Shown here: positions 42,003 through 53,264 of the stretch, piece after piece
How the letters are laid out: every line of letters starts with the position of its first letter
Position numbering within the stretch: position 1 is the first letter of the stretch
Source of the DNA: an uncultured Actinomycetota bacterium
GTDB taxonomy: Bacteria; Actinomycetota; Actinomycetes; Propionibacteriales; Nocardioidaceae
Length of the DNA: 64,000 bases
Assembly: GCA_963754575.1 (NCBI GenBank)
Contig: CAVWGQ010000006.1
Span: forward strand, 121,853-185,852
Direction of reading: 5' to 3'
The notes under the pieces: model-generated
Database searches by the model: none
Seen by the model: the letters and a program-made list of their open reading frames with translations, nothing else
What the model was told of the DNA's origin: nothing
Made by a program: the position numbers and the translations under genes

Positions 42003-43760
42003 ATGTCGTCCACCGAAGGTCAGGCCCACGGCGAGCAGAACCGCACGCCCGAGGAGCTCGTGAGCCAGGTGCGCTTCCTCGAGGCGGAGGTCACCGACCT
42101 CCGACGCCGGTTGAGCGACGCACCCGGGCACTCGCGCTCCCTCGAGCTCCGGCTCGCCGACACCCAGCGGTCGCTCTCGGCCGTGACGTCGCAGAACGAC
42201 CGGTTGGCGCAGACGCTGCGCGAGGCGCGCGACCAGATCACCAAGCTCAAGGAGGAGGTCGACCGGCTGGCGCAGCCGCCTGCCGGCTTCGGCACCTTCC
42301 TGACCCGCAACGACGACGACTCGATCGATGTCTTCACCGGCGGTCGCAAGCTGCGCGTGAGTGCGAGCCCCAACGTCGACCTCGACACCCTGGTCCGCGG
42401 CCAGGAGGTCATGCTCAACGAGGCGCTCAACGTCGTCGCGGCCCTCGACTTCGAGCAGGTCGGCGAGGTCGTGATGTTCAAGGAGCTGCTCGCCGACGGC
42501 GACCGTGCCCTGGTGATCGCCAACGCCGACGAGGAGCGCGTCGTACGCCTGGCGGAGCCGTTGCGTGCCGAGACGCTGCGCGCCGGCGACTCTCTGCTGC
42601 TGGACTCGCGCGCCGGCTACGTCTACGAGCGGGTGCCGAAGTCGGAGGTCGAGGAGCTCGTCCTCGAGGAGGTGCCCGACATCGCCTACGACTCGATCGG
42701 CGGGCTCCGTGGGCAGATCGAGCAGATCCAGGACGCCGTCGAGCTGCCCTACCTCCACCCCGACCTGTTCCTCGAGCACCAGCTGAAGCCGCCCAAGGGC
42801 GTGCTGCTCTACGGGCCTCCGGGATGCGGCAAGACCCTGATCGCCAAGGCGGTGGCCAACTCCCTGGCCAAGAAGGTCGCCGCGAAGACCGGGCAGGAGG
42901 GGAAGTCCTACTTCCTCAACATCAAGGGCCCCGAGCTGCTGAACAAGTACGTCGGCGAGACCGAGCGGCACATCCGGCTGGTCTTCCAGCGGGCGCGTGA
43001 GAAGGCGAGCTACGGCACGCCGGTCATCGTGTTCTTCGACGAGATGGACTCGCTCTTCCGCACCCGCGGCTCGGGGGTCTCCTCCGACGTCGAGAACACG
43101 ATCGTGCCGCAGCTGCTGAGCGAGATCGACGGCGTCGAGGCGCTGGAGAACGTGCTCGTGATCGGCGCCTCCAACCGGCCCGACATGATCGACCCCGCCA
43201 TCCTGCGTCCCGGCCGGCTCGACGTGAAGATCAAGATCGAACGGCCCGACGCCGAGTCGGCCCGCGACATCTTCAGCAAGTACCTCACCGCCGACCTGCC
43301 GCTGCACCCCGACGACCTGGTGGAGTTCGGGAACGACACGGGGGCGACCACCGCGGGGATGATCCAGCGCACGGTCGAACGCATCTACACCGAGTCCGAG
43401 GAGAACCAGTTCCTCGAGGTCACCTACGCCAACGGCGACAAGGAGGTCCTGTACTTCAAGGACTTCAACTCCGGCGCCATGATCCAGAACATCGTCGACC
43501 GGGCGAAGAAGATGGCGATCAAGGACTACCTCGAGCTCCACCAGAAGGGGATCTCGGTGCGCCACCTGATGCAGGCCTGCGTGGACGAGTTCAAGGAGAA
43601 CGAGGACCTCCCCAACACCACCAACCCCGACGACTGGGCCCAGATCGCCGGCAAGAAGGGCGAGCGGATCGTGTTCATCCGCACGCTCATCACCGGCAAG
43701 CAGGGCACGGAGCCGGGTCGCTCCATCGACACCGTGTCCAGCACCGGCCAGTACCTCTGA
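42003..43760 (+). CDS. arc: Proteasome ATPase ARC/Mpa
   Basis: N-terminal coiled coil, GPPGCGKT Walker A, VFFDEMD Walker B, C-terminal GQYL. Confidence 0.97.
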   Translation: MSSTEGQAHGEQNRTPEELVSQVRFLEAEVTDLRRRLSDAPGHSRSLELRLADTQRSLSAVTSQNDRLAQTLREARDQITKLKEEVDRLAQPPAGFGTFLTRNDDDSIDVFTGGRKLRVSASPNVDLDTLVRGQEVMLNEALNVVAALDFEQVGEVVMFKELLADGDRALVIANADEERVVRLAEPLRAETLRAGDSLLLDSRAGYVYERVPKSEVEELVLEEVPDIAYDSIGGLRGQIEQIQDAVELPYLHPDLFLEHQLKPPKGVLLYGPPGCGKTLIAKAVANSLAKKVAAKTGQEGKSYFLNIKGPELLNKYVGETERHIRLVFQRAREKASYGTPVIVFFDEMDSLFRTRGSGVSSDVENTIVPQLLSEIDGVEALENVLVIGASNRPDMIDPAILRPGRLDVKIKIERPDAESARDIFSKYLTADLPLHPDDLVEFGNDTGATTAGMIQRTVERIYTESEENQFLEVTYANGDKEVLYFKDFNSGAMIQNIVDRAKKMAIKDYLELHQKGISVRHLMQACVDEFKENEDLPNTTNPDDWAQIAGKKGERIVFIRTLITGKQGTEPGRSIDTVSSTGQYL

Positions 43761-43762
43761 CG

Positions 43763-44140
43763 ATGGCGTCGGGGGACGGGTCGATCGAGCGCAACGAGGT
43801 CGAGGCAGTGCTGGAGACGCGGCGCGAGCTGGGGCAGTCGTACGACGCGGCGCTGGTGGAGTCCTTCGCCGAGCGGGTCGAGGCCGCGGTGGCCGCGCGG
43901 GTCGCCGCCGAGACGGTTCAGCGGCAGAGAGGTGACCGGGACCGGGCGTCGGCTGGTCCCCGCCAGCTCGCGCTCGGCATCGTGTCCGCCGGAACCGGGA
44001 CCGGGATGACGGCGATCTGTCTGGGGACCACCCAAGGTGGCGTGACCGGACTCTTCGCGATGGCCGTCGGCTGGGCGGGCCTGGTGGGCATCAACCTCGC
44101 CCACTCCCGTCAGGGGCTCGGCCGCGCCGACAGCAGGTAG
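43763..44140 (+). CDS. Conserved actinobacterial membrane protein
   Basis: RRELG..YDAALVESF.ERV N-terminus and two C-terminal hydrophobic helices. Confidence 0.7.
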   Translation: MASGDGSIERNEVEAVLETRRELGQSYDAALVESFAERVEAAVAARVAAETVQRQRGDRDRASAGPRQLALGIVSAGTGTGMTAICLGTTQGGVTGLFAMAVGWAGLVGINLAHSRQGLGRADSR

Positions 44141-44736
44141 CCGTAGGCCCACGGGCGACCGATCGTCGGCCCCTCGAGGTAGGACGTCTCGAGGTGCGTC
44201 ACCTCGAACCCGGCGCCCGTCACGAGCGCCTCGACGTCACGAGTCAGGTGGCAGCCCCCGGCGACCCGCCGCTGGAGCGGGTCGAGCCGGTGCTGCCAGC
44301 GGGCCACACCGGGCTCGGGCGAGAGCCCGTGCTCGAGGACGCACAGGACGCCGTCCGCGCGCAGCACGCGGCGTACCTCGGACAGCGCGAGGACCGGGTC
44401 GGGGATGGTGCACAGGGTGAAGGTCAGCAGCACCGCGTCGTACGCCGCGTCCGGCTCGTCGAGCCGCTGCCCGTCGAGGCCGCGCCGCTCGATCGGTACG
44501 GCCGTCCTCGCCCGCCGCCGCTCCGAGAGCCGCCAACCGACGTCGGAGGGCTCGACCGCGGCCACCGAGGCCACGGCGGGCGGGTACCACCGCACGTTGA
44601 GACCGCTGCCGAAGCCGATCTCGAGGACCTGTCCGCGTAGCGGCGTACAGGCCTGGCGACGCAGCTCGCCGATCTCGGGGCTGCGCAACGCCCGATCGGC
44701 CATCCGGGGCACCACGCGGTCCGTCCACACACCCAT
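44110..44736 (-). CDS. Class I SAM-dependent methyltransferase
   Basis: VLEIGFGSG and FTLCTIPDP..LEHG motifs. Confidence 0.9.
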   Translation of the reverse strand: MGVWTDRVVPRMADRALRSPEIGELRRQACTPLRGQVLEIGFGSGLNVRWYPPAVASVAAVEPSDVGWRLSERRRARTAVPIERRGLDGQRLDEPDAAYDAVLLTFTLCTIPDPVLALSEVRRVLRADGVLCVLEHGLSPEPGVARWQHRLDPLQRRVAGGCHLTRDVEALVTGAGFEVTHLETSYLEGPTIGRPWAYGYLLSARPSP

Positions 44737-44806
44737 GGGGGTGAGACTAGGGCGCGTCGGCCCGGACGGCCCGTGATCGCGCCGTGCGGACTGTAGGGTC
44801 CGCCGC

Positions 44807-44884
44807 ATGCTGAAGATCGTTCTCATCGTGGCCGTCGTCGTCGTGGTCCTCCTGTTCGTGATGCCCAAGCTGCGCAAGCGCTGA
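44807..44884 (+). CDS. Small single-TM protein (25 aa, MLKIVLIVAVVVVVLLFVMPKLRKR), not in the ORF track
   Basis: TAGGGT -10 box (44794-44799) 7 nt before ATG; hydrophobic helix with basic tail; directly upstream of dop. Confidence 0.6.
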   Translation: MLKIVLIVAVVVVVLLFVMPKLRKR

Positions 44885-44914
44885 GTCGATCGACCGGCCG
44901 CGTAGGCTCGGAGC

Positions 44915-46424
44915 ATGAGCGTGCGGCGGGTCATGGGCACCGAGGTCGAGTACGGCATCTCCGTCCCGGGTCAGCCGTTGGCCAACCCGATGGTGGCGTC
45001 GTCGCAGGTGGTCAACGCCTACGCCTCGGCCACCGTCCGGGCGCGACGTGCCCGGTGGGACTTCGAGGAGGAGTCGCCGCTGCGTGACGCGCGCGGCTTC
45101 GACATGTCGCGCCAGGTGGCCGACCCCACCCAGCTGACCGACGAGGACCTCGGGCTGGCGAACGTCATCCTCACCAACGGCGCCCGGCTCTACGTCGACC
45201 ACGCCCACCCGGAGTACGCCACGCCCGAGGTGACCTCGCCGCTCGACATCGTGCGCTGGGACAAGGCAGGGGAGCAGGTGATGCTCGACGCCGCGCGACT
45301 GGCCGGCCAGCTGCCGGGCGGCACGCCGATCAACCTCTACAAGAACAACACCGACAACAAGGGGGCGTCGTACGGCGCCCACGAGAACTACCTGATGCGT
45401 CGACGTACTCCCTTCGGCGACATCGTGCGACACCTCACGCCGTTCTTCGTCTCCCGGCAGGTGGTGTGCGGCGCCGGTCGGGTCGGCATGGGCCAGGACG
45501 GGCGCAGCCACGGCTACCAGGTGAGCCAGCGCGCCGACTTCTTCGAGGTCGAGGTGGGACTGGAGACGACGCTCAAGCGTCCGATCATCAACACCCGCGA
45601 CGAGCCGCACGCCGATCCCGAGAAGTACCGCAGGCTGCACGTGATCATCGGCGACGCCAACCTCGCCGAGGTCTCGACGTACCTCAAGGTCGGGACCACG
45701 GCCCTGGTGCTCGCCATGATCGAGGACCGCTACATCGACCGCGACCTGACCGTCGAGGGGTCGGTCGCCGCGCTGCGGGCGGTCTCGCACGACCCGACGC
45801 TCAAGCAGCTGATCCGGTTGACCGACGGCCGCACGCTCACGGCCGTGCAGCTCCAGCTGGAGTACCTCGACCTCGCGAAGAAGTACGTCGAGGACCGACT
45901 CGGCAGCGACGCCGACCCGCAGACCGTGGACGTCCTCGCCCGCTGGGAGTCGGTCCTCGACCGGCTCGAACGCGACCCGATGCTGTGCGCGCGCGAGCTC
46001 GACTGGGTGGCCAAGCTCGAGCTGCTCGAGCACTACCGTCAGCGCGACGGGCTCGGCTGGGACGACGCCAAGATGCAGCTGATCGACTACCAGTACTCCG
46101 ACATCCGGCCCGAGAAGGGGCTCTACCACCGCCTCGCTCCGCCTCGGCCGGATCGAGCGGCTGCTCGACGACGTCTCCGTCGAGGCGGCCATGCACGACC
46201 CGCCCGTCGACACCCGGGCCTACTTCCGCGGTCGCTGTCTCGAGAAGTACGCCGAGCACGTCGCGGCCGCCTCGTGGGACTCGGTGATCTTCGACCTCCC
46301 CGGGCGCGACTCGCTGCAGCGGATCCCGACCATCGACCCGCTGCGCGGCACCCGCGCCAGCGTCGGCGACCTGCTCGACCGGTGTGACACCGCCGAGGCG
46401 CTCTTCGCCGCGCTCACCCGCTGA
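44915..46424 (+). CDS. dop: Depupylase/deamidase Dop, frameshift near 46135
   Basis: [23 protein letters not shown] and RDEPHAD motifs; C-terminus TRAYFRG..AASWDS in a shifted frame. Confidence 0.95.
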
Positions 46425-46454
46425 CTCTCGCCCCTCGGACGTCCGGGATTGGAC

Positions 46455-46515
46455 GCCGATTGGTCCCCAACGGCAGCGACACGCCGGGTCGACCTGCCGT
46501 TGGTGACCAATCGGC
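46455..46515. repeat. Paired 20-bp repeat, locus 4 (inverted)
   Basis: GCCGATTGGTCCCCAACGGC (46455-46474, reverse) and GCCGTTGGTGACCAATCGGC (46496-46515), between dop and pup. Confidence 0.95.
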
Positions 46516-46558
46516 AACGGTGCGCCCCCGGCGTGGTCCGCGGCGCTAGGGTCGTGAC

Positions 46559-46756
46559 ATGGCACAGGAGCAGAAGCAACCGCGGAAGTCGTCGGAGACC
46601 GACGAGGCTCCCGAGGCGACCATCGAGACCGACGTCTCCGAGCGCAAGGGGGCCCTCGACGACGACGTCGACGCGATCCTCGACGAGATCGACGACGTGC
46701 TCGAGAGCAACGCGGAGGACTTCGTGAAGTCCTTCATCCAGAAGGGCGGCCAGTGA
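46559..46756 (+). CDS. pup: Prokaryotic ubiquitin-like protein Pup (GGQ terminus)
   Basis: [23 protein letters not shown]. Confidence 0.97.
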   Translation: MAQEQKQPRKSSETDEAPEATIETDVSERKGALDDDVDAILDEIDDVLESNAEDFVKSFIQKGGQ

Positions 46757-47602
46757 CCGACCCGCGTCTCCCCGCGTCCTTCCTGCGGTCCGGCAGCTCC
46801 TCTTTCAGCGACTTCCTGGCCGAAGCCGCTCCCGACCTGCTGCCGAGCCGCCGTGCAGTTCCCCAGGGGCAGGCGGGTGACCTCGCCCCGCACGCGACCA
46901 CGATCGTCGCGGCCACCTTCCCCGGTGGGGTCGTGATGGCCGGTGACCGCCGGGCCACGATGGGTAGCGTCATCGCCCAGCGCGACATCGAGAAGGTATT
47001 CCCCGCCGACGAGTTCTCCTGTGTCGGGATCGCGGGCACCGCCGGCCTCGCGGTCGAGATGGTGCGGCTCTTCCAGACCGAGCTCGAGCACTACGAGAAG
47101 ATCGAGGGCACCACGCTCTCCATGGACGGCAAGGCCAACCGGCTCGCGGCGCTGATCCGGGCCAACCTCGGGATGGCGATGCAGGGGCTGGCCGTCGTGC
47201 CTCTCTTCGCCGGCTACGACCTGACCCGCGATCAGGGCCGGATCTTCAGCTACGACGTGACCGGCGGCCGCTACGAGGAGACCGCCTTCCACTCGGTCGG
47301 CTCGGGCTCGCTGTTCGCCCGCGGCTCGCTGAAGAAGCTCTACCGGGAGAACCTCTCCGAGGAGGAGGCCGTCACGGTGGTGGTGCAGGCGCTGTACGAC
47401 GCTGCCGACGACGACTCCGCCACCGGCGGACCGGACCTGACCCGCCGGATCTTCCCCGTCGTCCAGATCGTGACGGGCCGAGGGCGGGCACCGGATGCCC
47501 GACGGTGACGTGGCGGACGTCGCCGACCGGATGATCGCGGGCCGGATGCAGCGACCCGACGGTCCCGCGTCCGCGACCCTGACCGGAGGTGACGTCCGAT
47601 GA
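46753..47602 (+). CDS. prcB: 20S proteasome beta subunit, frameshift near 47476
   Basis: Propeptide then HATTIVA; AGDRRAT, GSGS and [10 protein letters not shown] motifs; the restored frame ends overlapping the prcA start. Confidence 0.95.
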
Positions 47603-48505
47603 GCATGCCCTTCTACGTCTCGCCCGAGCAGGTCATGAAGGACCGCGCCGACTTCGCCCGGAAGGGCATCGCGCGTGGCCGCTCAGTGGTGGCCGTCCAG
47701 TACGCCGACGGCATCCTGTTCGCCTCCGAGAACCCCTCGCAGGCCCTGCACAAGGTCTCTGAGATCTACGACCGCATCGCGTTCGCCGCCGTCGGTCGCT
47801 ACAACGAGTTCGAGAACCTGCGGATCGCCGGCGTACGGCTGGCGGACATGCGTGGCTATGCCTACGACCGCAGCGACGTGACCGGCCGCGGCCTGGCCAA
47901 CGCCTACGCCCAGACGCTGGGGACCATCTTCTCCAGCGGTGGCGAGAAGCCCTACGAGGTCGAGATCTTCGTGGGCGAGGTGGGCGAGGTCGCCTCCGAC
48001 GACCAGATCTACCGGCTCACCTACGACGGTCAGGTCGCCGACGTCCACGGGTACGCCGTGATGGGCGGGGCGGTCGACACCGTCGCGGGCTTCCTCGAGT
48101 CCCGCTACGAGGCAGGGTCTGTCCTTCGACGCCGCGCTCCACCTGGCAGTCGCTGCACTCGGGCACACCGACAGCAGCGACCGGGTGATCCCGGACGGGG
48201 CCCTCGAGGTGGCGGTGCTCGATCGCAACCGCGCCCAGCCGCGCAAGTTCCGGCGCATCCGACCGGAGTCCCTCGCGCAGGTGCTGGGCGATCGTGAGCC
48301 GGCGCCGGAAGAGCCGGCCGGAGGTGCCTCGACCGTGCCCGCGACGGACGACCCGTCCGACCCGACCGACCAGGTGAGCGGTGGAGTTCCTCCGTTGGAG
48401 CACCCCCTGACCGGCGAACCCGGGACACCTCGCCCCAGCGACCCCGTCGCCCCACCGCCTCCGCCCGTCGCGCCTCCGGTCGATCCCGACGACCCGATCG
48501 CCTGA
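47599..48505 (+). CDS. prcA: 20S proteasome alpha subunit, frameshift near 48117
   Basis: [26 protein letters not shown]; LEVAVLDR...RKFRRI in a shifted frame. Confidence 0.95.
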
Positions 48506-48551
48506 CGTAGCTCAGGGCAGGCCGCGGTCTACTCCGGCAACCCGCTGGGTT

Positions 48552-48612
48552 GCCGTTGGGGACCAATCGGCGTTCAGGCGGGCGATGGCGTTGTCGTTGG
48601 TGACCAATCGGC
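48552..48612 (+). repeat. Paired 20-bp repeat, locus 5 (direct), upstream flank of the nuclease-like gene
   Basis: GCCGTTGGGGACCAATCGGC (48552-48571) and GTCGTTGGTGACCAATCGGC (48593-48612). Confidence 0.95.
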
Positions 48613-48678
48613 GTCGAGGTTCTCCACAGATTGCTCCGGCGAGCCCTCACGAGGCGCCGGACCTTGGATCGTGGCGTC

Positions 48679-49663
48679 ATGCATCTCGACGACGGGCCAC
48701 CGATCCGCGGCCACATCAGGCTGGCGGGCTACCGGCGCGTGTCGCACGGGCTCTTCCTGCCGTCGAAGGAGGGGAGCGACGAACTCACCGAGCGCGAGTG
48801 GCGTCGGGACCTGGGCGCCTGGCTGCTCGTCCTTCCCCGCGGGGCGAGGTTCACCCACGTCACGGGTGCGCAACTGAAGAAGTGGAAGCTGCCCGCGCTG
48901 CCCGACCACCTTCCGGCGTTCGCCGTGGTGGGGCGCAACGATCCCCGCCCTCGGCGCAACGGGTTGGTCTGCTCGCGACTCGAGGTGGCAGCGCCTGGGA
49001 CCTTCGTCGACGGACTGCCCGTCGACGCCTCCGAGGAGATCCTGCTGCGCGCTGCCCGGGACCTGGGGCTGCTCGACCTACTCGTCCTGGTGGACTCGGC
49101 CCGCAGGATGGGTGACGTGGACTGCTGAGCGCATGCAGGCGGTCCTCGACAGTCGTCGCCCCGGCGTACGCCTGCTGCGTCGTGCGTGGCTGCTGTCGAG
49201 CGATCGTGCGGACTCGCCGGGCGAGACCTTGTTGCGTCTCTTCGACGTCACCATGGACGTCGAGGTGAAGCCCCAGGCGACGCTCTACGACGAGGCCGGC
49301 AACCTGGTCGGCGAGGCCGACCTGTGGGTTGTCGGGACCGATCTGATCCACGAGTACGACGGGGCGCACCACCGCGAGAAGGGACAGCAGCGGACGGATC
49401 TCCGGCGGGGTCGGGGCCTCGCCCAGACGTCGTACGACAGGCGCGGGTTCACCCTCGACGACCTGCTGAACCATGCCGCCGTGCTCATGCACGAGCTCGA
49501 CCGGGATCTTGGGCGTCGCCACGACCTACGGCGACTTCGTCGATGGCGGGTGCTGGTGGAGCAGTCGATGTACTCCGACGCGGGCCTGCGGCGGATCCGC
49601 AACCGGTGGCAGCGCCAGATGGGGGTCGCCGAGTGGTCGCGAACGGCACCCCGTGAGGCGTGA
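48679..49663 (+). CDS. AbiEi-like/DUF559 (Vsr-like PD-(D/E)xK) putative endonuclease; frameshift near 49120
   Basis: N-terminal part RVSHGLF..F.HVT.A.L..W.LP; C-terminal part DSPGETLLRL..PQ..ADL..HEYDG.HH..D.RR..L, typical of Vsr/DUF559-like folds (recognised from memory). Confidence 0.7.
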
Positions 49664-49688
49664 TTGTCGCCGTTGGGGACCAATCGGC
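49628..49688. repeat. Paired 20-bp repeat, locus 6 (inverted), overlapping the 3' end of the nuclease-like gene
   Basis: GCCGAGTGGTCGCGAACGGC (49628-49647; 17/20 match to the reverse consensus, inside the CDS) and GCCGTTGGGGACCAATCGGC (49669-49688). Confidence 0.9.
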
Positions 49689-49746
49689 GAGTGCCCAGCC
49701 GCCGGATGTCCGGGGCAAGCGCCCGGCACCGGCCTAGGGTGGTGAC

Positions 49747-51108
49747 GTGGACCGGCGGATCTTCGGTATCGAGAACGAGTACGGCGTCACGTGCACGTTC
49801 CGCGGGCAGCGGCGGCTGAGCCCCGACGAGGTCGCGCGCTACCTGTTCCGCAAGGTCGTCAGCTGGGGTCGGAGCAGCAACGTGTTCCTGCGCAACGGAG
49901 CCCGCCTCTACCTCGACGTGGGCAGCCACCCGGAGTACGCGACACCCGAGTGCGACGACATCGCCGAGCTGGTCGCCCACGACAAGGCGGGGGAGCGGGT
50001 CCTCGAGGGGCTGCTCCTCGACGCCGAGCAGCGGCTGCACGACGAGGGCATCGCGGGCGACATCTACCTGTTCAAGAACAACACCGACTCCGCCGGCAAC
50101 TCCTACGGCTGCCACGAGAACTACCTCGTCGGCCGCGCCGGCGAGTTCAGCAAGCTGGCCGACGTACTCATCCCGTTCCTGGTGACCCGCCAGATCATCG
50201 TGGGAGCCGGCAAGGTCACCCAGACGCCCCGCGGTGCCAGCTTCAGCGTCTCCCAGCGGGCCGAACACATCTGGGAAGGGGTCAGCAGCGCCACCACTCG
50301 CAGCCGACCGATCATCAACACCCGTGACGAGCCGCACGCCGACGCGGAGCGGTACCGCCGGCTGCACGTGATCGTCGGGGACTCCAACATGAGCGAGACC
50401 ACGACCCTGCTCAAGGTCGCCAGCTGTGACCTCGTGCTGAGGATGATCGAGGAGGGCGTGGTGATGCGCGACCTCACGATGGAGAACCCGATCCGCGCGA
50501 TCCGCGAGATCTCCCACGACGTGACCGGCCGCCGCAAGATCCGCCTGGCCAACGGTCGCGAGGCCAGCGCGCTGGACATCCAGATGGAGTACTTCTCCAA
50601 GGCACGCGACTTCGTGGACCGCCGTGAGCTGCGTACGCCGGTGATCGACCGCGCCCTCGACCTCTGGGAGCGCACCCTGAAGGCCGTCGAGTCCGACGAC
50701 CTCGACCTCGTGGACCGCGAGATCGACTGGGTCATCAAGTGGAAGCTGATCGAGCGGTACCGCGCCAAGCACGGGCTGCCGATGGGCCACCCGCGCATCG
50801 CGCAGCTCGACCTCGCCTACCACGACATCCACCGCGGCCGAGGGCTCTACTACCTGCTGGAGAAGCGCGGCGCCGTCGCCAGGGTGACGACGGACCTCAA
50901 GATCTTCGAGGCGAAGTCGGTCCCGCCCCAGACGACCCGCGCCCGGCTTCGTGGCGAGTTCATCCGCAAGGCCCAGGAGCGCCGGCGGGACTTCACGGTC
51001 GACTGGGTGCACCTCAAGCTCAACGACCAGGCGCAGCGGACGGTCCTGTGCAAGGACCCGTTCCGCGCCCATGACGAGCGGGTCCAGCGGCTCATCGACG
51101 GCATGTGA
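49747..51108 (+). CDS. pafA: Pup-protein ligase
   Basis: [29 protein letters not shown] and CKDPF motifs. Confidence 0.97.
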   Translation: MDRRIFGIENEYGVTCTFRGQRRLSPDEVARYLFRKVVSWGRSSNVFLRNGARLYLDVGSHPEYATPECDDIAELVAHDKAGERVLEGLLLDAEQRLHDEGIAGDIYLFKNNTDSAGNSYGCHENYLVGRAGEFSKLADVLIPFLVTRQIIVGAGKVTQTPRGASFSVSQRAEHIWEGVSSATTRSRPIINTRDEPHADAERYRRLHVIVGDSNMSETTTLLKVASCDLVLRMIEEGVVMRDLTMENPIRAIREISHDVTGRRKIRLANGREASALDIQMEYFSKARDFVDRRELRTPVIDRALDLWERTLKAVESDDLDLVDREIDWVIKWKLIERYRAKHGLPMGHPRIAQLDLAYHDIHRGRGLYYLLEKRGAVARVTTDLKIFEAKSVPPQTTRARLRGEFIRKAQERRRDFTVDWVHLKLNDQAQRTVLCKDPFRAHDERVQRLIDGM

Positions 51109-51133
51109 GCCGTCCTCCGGCGTCCCGGACGTT

Positions 51134-51194
51134 GCCGTTGGGGACCAATCGGCGAGGAAATCACTGGTCCGACTGTCGTTGGTGACCAATCGGC
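51134..51194 (+). repeat. Paired 20-bp repeat, locus 7 (direct)
   Basis: GCCGTTGGGGACCAATCGGC (51134-51153) and GTCGTTGGTGACCAATCGGC (51175-51194), between pafA and fkbp. Confidence 0.95.
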
Positions 51195-51288
51195 GACCAC
51201 CCCGGGAGCCCTCTCAGGTTCCTCTTGCCCGCCCGGGCTAGGGTGAGCGGCGCTGTCTCGACACCGCCCATGAACGTGATCAACGAAG

Positions 51289-52254
51289 GTGAACTCCGTG
51301 CTCCGTCGCTCCCTCGCCCTGCTCCTCGCGCTGCTGCTCGGCGGCGTCCTCGTCGCCTGCGGCGACGACTCCACGGACGGTGAGGGTGAGGGCGAGGGCG
51401 GCTCGGGGGGTGCCGGCCTGGCGTCGGTCGAGATCTCCGGCGAGCCCGGCAGCAACCCCGACGTCACGTGGGACGGGGAGATGCAGGCCGACGAGATCGA
51501 GACCGAGGTCGTCAGCGAGGGTGACGGCGACGAGGTGGAGAGCGGGGACCAGGTCTTCGCGCACATCTGGATCGGCAACGGCTTCGACCAGAAGATGGCG
51601 TTCAGCACCTACGACAACGAGCAGCCCCAGTTCCTCGTCGTCGACGAGCAGAACCTGAGCCCGCTGTTCCTCGAGGGCCTCGAGGGCCAGAAGGTCGGGT
51701 CCCGGGTCGCCATCGCGGCGTCCGCGGAGACCGCCTTCGGCGAGGCCGGCAACCCCAACATCGGGATCGGCAACAAGGACAGCGTGCTCACCATCATCGA
51801 CATCGTCAGCAGTGTCGACGACGGCCCGGAGGGCGAGGAGCAGCAGGCCCCGTCGTGGGTCCCCGACCTGCAGGGCGACGACGAGGCCCCGACCGGCTTT
51901 GACTTCTCCGGTACGCCGAAGCCGACCGGGAAGCTGCAGACCGCCGTGCTCATCGAGGGCGAGGGCGAGGTCGTGGAGTCCGGCCAGACGATGGCCGTGA
52001 ACTACCTCGGCCAGGTCTACGAGGGCAAGGCGCCCTTCGACGAGAGCTACACCAAGCAGGCCACGTCGTTCCCGATCGGCATCGGCCAGGTCGTCAAGGG
52101 CTGGGACCAGGCGCTGGTCGGCCAGACCGTCGGCAGCCGCGTCGTCCTCGCCATCCCGCCGGAGCTCGGCTACGGCAAGGGCGGCAACGAGCAGGCCGGC
52201 ATCGCGGGCACCGACACCCTCTACTTCGTCGTGGACATCCTCGGCGCGGCCTGA
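51289..52254 (+). CDS. Lipoprotein with two FKBP-type PPIase domains
   Basis: Lipobox LVAC; V.YLG..FD.SY, VVKGWDQAL and IPPELGYG motifs; first domain degenerate. Confidence 0.9.
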   Translation: MNSVLRRSLALLLALLLGGVLVACGDDSTDGEGEGEGGSGGAGLASVEISGEPGSNPDVTWDGEMQADEIETEVVSEGDGDEVESGDQVFAHIWIGNGFDQKMAFSTYDNEQPQFLVVDEQNLSPLFLEGLEGQKVGSRVAIAASAETAFGEAGNPNIGIGNKDSVLTIIDIVSSVDDGPEGEEQQAPSWVPDLQGDDEAPTGFDFSGTPKPTGKLQTAVLIEGEGEVVESGQTMAVNYLGQVYEGKAPFDESYTKQATSFPIGIGQVVKGWDQALVGQTVGSRVVLAIPPELGYGKGGNEQAGIAGTDTLYFVVDILGAA

Positions 52255-52288
52255 CGGGCGAGGGGGAGCGGCGGGTAGCGTCCTGCCC

Positions 52289-53264
52289 ATGGCGGCGGAC
52301 AAGAGCGAGCGACTGCTCAACCTGCTCATCATGCTGCTCATGCAGCAGCGCTTCATCGCCAAGGGCCGGGTGCGCGACCTGCTCTACCCCGGTTCCTCCG
52401 ACGAGGCGTTCGAGAGGATGTTCGAGCGCGACAAGGACGACCTGCGGGCGCTCGGCGTACCGATCGAGGTGGGCCAGCTCGACGCCTACTTCGACGACGA
52501 GCCGGGCTACCGGATCCGCTCCGACGAGCTGCAGCTCCCCGAGGTCGAGCTGAGCGCCGACGAGGCGCAGGTCGTGGGCCTGGCCACCAAGGTCTGGGAG
52601 CACGCCCGCCTCGCCGAGGCGACCAGCGGTGCCGTCCGCAAGCTCACCGCCGCCGGCGTACCCGTCGACGTCGGTGCCCTCGACCTGGTCGAGCCGCGCC
52701 TCGGCGCGGACGAACCGGCGTTCGACGCCTTCTGGGAGGCCGCCCGAGACCGGCAGGCGGTCGAGTTCGACTACCGCCGACCCGGCGGCGAGACCGCCAC
52801 CCGGCACCTCGAGCCCTGGGGCGTGGTCCGCTACTCCGGACGCTGGTACGCCGTGGGCTTCGACCGGGATCGCGCCGGCGAGCGGATCTTCCGGCTCTCG
52901 CGGGTGCAGGGTGCCGCCCGCGCTCGTCGGTGAGCCGGCCGCCTTCGAGGTCCCCGCGGGCGTCGACATCCGTGACATCGCCCGTCGGCTGGCCCCGCCC
53001 CCGGTCCCGGCGCAGCAGGCGACGCTGCTCGCCCGCCCCGGCACCGGCCACCAGCTGCGCCGCGCCGCCGACCGGGTGGAGCCCGGCGTGACCGGCCCCG
53101 ACGGGCGGGCCGACTGGGACCGGATCGAGCTGTCCCACCGCGGCGGCGACCTCGCCTCCGACGTGCTGGGCCACGGCCCCGACGTCGTGGTCGAGTCGCC
53201 CGCAGCCCTCCGGGCCGAGGTCGTACGCCGACTGGCGGCGCTCACCGCCGGGGGAGCGGCATGA
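52289..53264 (+). CDS. pafB: HTH-WYL transcriptional regulator PafB, frameshift near 52922
   Basis: KSERLLNL, MFERDKDDLR.LG.PI, RWYAVG.D.DR..R.FRLSRV motifs. Confidence 0.9.

Noticed and set aside
46745-46756. Pup ending in GGQ
   Set aside because: A known variant that needs Dop deamidation; dop is present, so nothing unusual.
46880-46910. PrcB processing site reads HATT rather than the more familiar HGTT
   Set aside because: The catalytic Thr and downstream motifs are intact; a P1 substitution alone is not evidence of altered function.
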